A DNA stretch of 64,000 bases from Candidatus Bathyarchaeota archaeon (lineage in GTDB: Archaea > Thermoproteota > Bathyarchaeia > Bathyarchaeales > Bathycorpusculaceae): assembly GCA_963833575.1 (NCBI GenBank), contig CAWHXY010000007.1, forward strand, positions 512,001 to 576,000. The letters run 5' to 3'. Of this stretch, positions 61,248 through 64,000 are shown piece by piece. Position 1 is the stretch's first letter. Each line of letters begins with the position of its first letter. A program made the translations under genes and the position numbers. Under the pieces are notes generated by a model. It was not told the DNA's origin, made no database searches, and worked only from the letters and a program-made list of their open reading frames with translations.

Positions 61248-61718
61248 GTGAGCCAAACTACACCGAGTGTATACCAAATGAGCGCCCCATTAACCTTGAG
61301 TGCCGAGTTCCGCAAAATCGTAGAGGGCAGAATGAACCAAGTTCTAAAAGGCGTAGAGCAAACATTCAACCAAATCATAGAAACCCAAAAGATAACGCCC
61401 ACCGAACTCAAAAAAGAACTCGATAGCCTGCAAGAAACCTTCAACCTCCTGTTCCAAAAATGGAGCCTAGAAATCCTCTACACTTTACTGCTTAAAGACG
61501 CCATCGGCTTTGGCCAAATAAAAAAAATCTTAACCGTCAACTCTCGCACTCTCTCAGACAAACTAAAAATGCTACAAAAACACGATTACATAACAAGGGA
61601 AGTAACGTCTGGACCGCCCCTGCGAGTGGAATATGGCCTTACTCCAAAAGGGAAAAACACTGTACTCCTAGCTTTGCCGCTTTTGTATTATTCCAGTTCA
61701 CCTGAAGTTATGGCTTAA
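61248..61718 (+). CDS. HxlR-family winged-helix regulator
   Basis: KW...IL, RTLS..LK.L, PLRVEYGLT.KG. Confidence 0.88.
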   Translation: MSQTTPSVYQMSAPLTLSAEFRKIVEGRMNQVLKGVEQTFNQIIETQKITPTELKKELDSLQETFNLLFQKWSLEILYTLLLKDAIGFGQIKKILTVNSRTLSDKLKMLQKHDYITREVTSGPPLRVEYGLTPKGKNTVLLALPLLYYSSSPEVMA

Positions 61719-62223
61719 TCAACTTGTTCTCATTTCTTTTTAGAGATTGCTGGAAGCTTGTTGTTTCTTTAACGGTTTCAAAAATCATACATGTCAGCGT
61801 CTTCTCTATTCCCTTAATTAACCGCAGCTTATCCACCACAAACTTGCCGACAGCATCAACGTTTTCGGCGCGAAGCTTCACAAGTAAGTCCCAATCCCCA
61901 GTAATTATGTGCACCTCCTGCACTTCGGGGAATCGTGCTATTTCTTCAGCAATAACTCTTTGAGAAACTGGCGCATCATCGGTTTTTGATCGATATGAGA
62001 CTGATGTTAAGATGAAGGCGGCTGTACCTAAATTTAGTTTTTCGGGAGCTAAAATTGCTCTGTACTGTTTTATTATTCCTATTTCTTCCATCCGTTTTGT
62101 TTTTGCGAAAACTGTGGTAATTGGAGAATTGATTTTTTTGGCGATTTGTTTGGCTGTGAGTTTGCTGTTTTCCTGTATTAGTTGGAGAATGGCTAGATCT
62201 TTTTCATCTAGTTTAATGCTCAT
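61708..62223 (-). CDS. Lrp/AsnC-family regulator
   Basis: LDEKD..IL..L, HTH, ITGDWD; divergent from the asparagine synthetase gene. Confidence 0.92.
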   Translation of the reverse strand: MSIKLDEKDLAILQLIQENSKLTAKQIAKKINSPITTVFAKTKRMEEIGIIKQYRAILAPEKLNLGTAAFILTSVSYRSKTDDAPVSQRVIAEEIARFPEVQEVHIITGDWDLLVKLRAENVDAVGKFVVDKLRLIKGIEKTLTCMIFETVKETTSFQQSLKRNENKLIKP

Positions 62224-62350
62224 ATGTAAATATTACAAGTTTTAACTATAAAACCTTCTGTTTTTTGTAGTTTATCCATGTTTTATTATAAAAAATTTAT
62301 TATCTTCTTTGCACAGTGTAGTTCTAACAATTAGGGTAAAGTGAACCAAA

Positions 62351-63316
62351 TTGAAACAAGAATTAATTGAAACTCCAAAACCATTAGATCAACTCACACC
62401 CAGCGAGTTAGAAAGGAAAGCCTGTATAGGCAAAATTATGACTTACACTTTAAAAAGTCTCACGAACACGTTTGTTAATCAGGGTTTTCAATGGCTACTT
62501 CCAGTTGCATTAAGCCAAAGCACTGATCCTCTTTGGCCCGATCCAGGCGCATCCATAGAGAAAAGAATCGAAGTAGACATTTACGGCAAACCAGTACGCA
62601 CCACTGCAAGCATGATAATACACAAACTCGTTGCTTCCTCTACAGCATACCCGAAACTTTTCATACTTTCACCCAACATACGCATTGAAAAAGCAGAGCG
62701 CGCCAAAACAGGCAAACATATTTACGAATTTACTCAACTTGATTTCGAAGCACGAGATGCTACTTCAAAAGACGTTATGACCTTGGTCGAATATGCCCTC
62801 TGTATTCTTGTTAATGATTTGAAACGTGAAATGAAAAGTGAATTAACTACACTTTGCCACTTTGACATACTTAAAGCGCCTAAAGCACCGTTCAAAGTTT
62901 ATGATCGCGTTGAACTTGAAGCCAAGTATGGTGCTGATGGGTGGGAAGCAGGTATAGCCAAAGACATAACGGAACCTGTTTGGGTTATGAACATTCCTCG
63001 AGAATTCTACGATTATGAAGACTTCAAAACGGGCAAATGGGACAACTATGACTTATTCCTGCCACAGTTCGGTGAAGTACTTTCAGGCGCCAAACGTGAA
63101 TGGGAATACAGTAAAATTTCAAAGAAAATTGAGCGCGACCAAGTCAAAAAAGAAAACTATACTCTGATACTTAAGATGGCTAAGGAAGGACGATTGAAAT
63201 CTACTGCTGGCGGAGGAATTGGTATGGAACGTTTAGTAGGTTGGATTACGGGTGTTGAACATATTGGCGAGTGCCAACCTTTTCCAAGAGTCCCTGGCAT
63301 TGTAAATGAACTCTGA
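62351..63316 (+). CDS. asnA: Archaeal asparagine synthetase A (AsnRS-like)
   Basis: TDPLWPD, SPNIRIE, EFTQLD.E, GEVLSG..RE, GGGIGMERL; no anticodon-binding domain. Confidence 0.88.
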   Translation: MKQELIETPKPLDQLTPSELERKACIGKIMTYTLKSLTNTFVNQGFQWLLPVALSQSTDPLWPDPGASIEKRIEVDIYGKPVRTTASMIIHKLVASSTAYPKLFILSPNIRIEKAERAKTGKHIYEFTQLDFEARDATSKDVMTLVEYALCILVNDLKREMKSELTTLCHFDILKAPKAPFKVYDRVELEAKYGADGWEAGIAKDITEPVWVMNIPREFYDYEDFKTGKWDNYDLFLPQFGEVLSGAKREWEYSKISKKIERDQVKKENYTLILKMAKEGRLKSTAGGGIGMERLVGWITGVEHIGECQPFPRVPGIVNEL

Positions 63317-63330
63317 GAATGTGTAAAGAA

Positions 63331-63368
63331 ACGGGATTGTGATTAATACAATCCGTAACTTTTCTTTG
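63331..63368 (+). terminator. Hairpin plus T tract after asnA
   Basis: GGATTGT/ACAATCC followed by TTTTCTTT. Confidence 0.5.
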
Positions 63369-63456
63369 TCTTGCACAAAGTTTTTAATTTACTTATGCAA
63401 AACAATGAGGGGAAAGCATAAACTGCTGAAAAATATCGAAGTTTACGGTGAAAGAA

Positions 63457-64000
63457 ATGACAACAACCCTGATTATGAATCCTTATCTTGAGGCACTTCA
63501 ACCAAAACTGAGCACTTCAGATTTTAAGAGACTAAGTGCTATAAATAATCCTATTGTTCATGAGTTCATAGCTAAAGAAAATGATCTTTGTCATCCAAAG
63601 GATATTTTTATTTGCAGTGACTCAGCTGAAGACATTACTTACGTCCGAAAGCAAGCAATTGCCTCAGGTGAAGAACAAGCAATCTTAACCCTGCAAGGAC
63701 ACACCGTACATTTCGATGGTGAACATGACCAAGGACGAGACCGTCAAGCCACTAAGTACCTTGTACCAAAAGGAGTTACTTTAAGCAAAGCCCTCAACCA
63801 AATAGATCGGCAAGAAGGTTTAGCTGAAGTCACAGGTGTACTTCGAAATTCCATGCAAGGAAAAACAATGATTGTCCGCTTCGTCTCTCTGGGTCCGCAA
63901 GATTCAATTTTCACCATTTTAGGATTACAATGCACAGATTCGTGGTACGTAGCGCATTCGGAAAGCCTCCTTTACCGACCAGGGTACGAACAATTCATAA
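63457..64000 (+). CDS. pckG: GTP-dependent phosphoenolpyruvate carboxykinase, 5' part
   Basis: Not in ORF track; GHTVHFDG..DQGRD, M.GKTMIV, QCTDSWYVAHSE.LLYR. Confidence 0.88.
   Translation, partial: MTTTLIMNPYLEALQPKLSTSDFKRLSAINNPIVHEFIAKENDLCHPKDIFICSDSAEDITYVRKQAIASGEEQAILTLQGHTVHFDGEHDQGRDRQATKYLVPKGVTLSKALNQIDRQEGLAEVTGVLRNSMQGKTMIVRFVSLGPQDSIFTILGLQCTDSWYVAHSESLLYRPGYEQFI

Overview
AT-rich archaeal window, most consistent with Bathyarchaeia (inferred from gene families: archaeal Mre11/Rad50, proteasome alpha, archaeal pilins, PEF-CTERM surface proteins, geranylgeranyl reductase). 1-12.5 kb is a cell-envelope/glycosylation cluster. 12.8-44.5 kb is an accessory region with a VapBC pair, gene fragments and many orphan ORFs. 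It also holds two diverged copies of an integrase-less three-gene module (RHH-like, unknown, HTH/TerS-like) bracketed by conserved hairpin DNA (13.4-16.8 kb and 27.3-29.6 kb), several ~100-260 nt structured non-coding elements, and a dispersed TTAATCCAACCAAC / GGAATCGAGTATACG repeat family that punctuates single co-oriented genes like a cassette array. 44.7-64 kb is mostly housekeeping: cobalamin uptake/salvage, mre11-rad50, rps10, asparagine synthetase, PEPCK. No rRNA, tRNA, CRISPR array, transposase or integrase was seen. All alignments and folds were done by eye.
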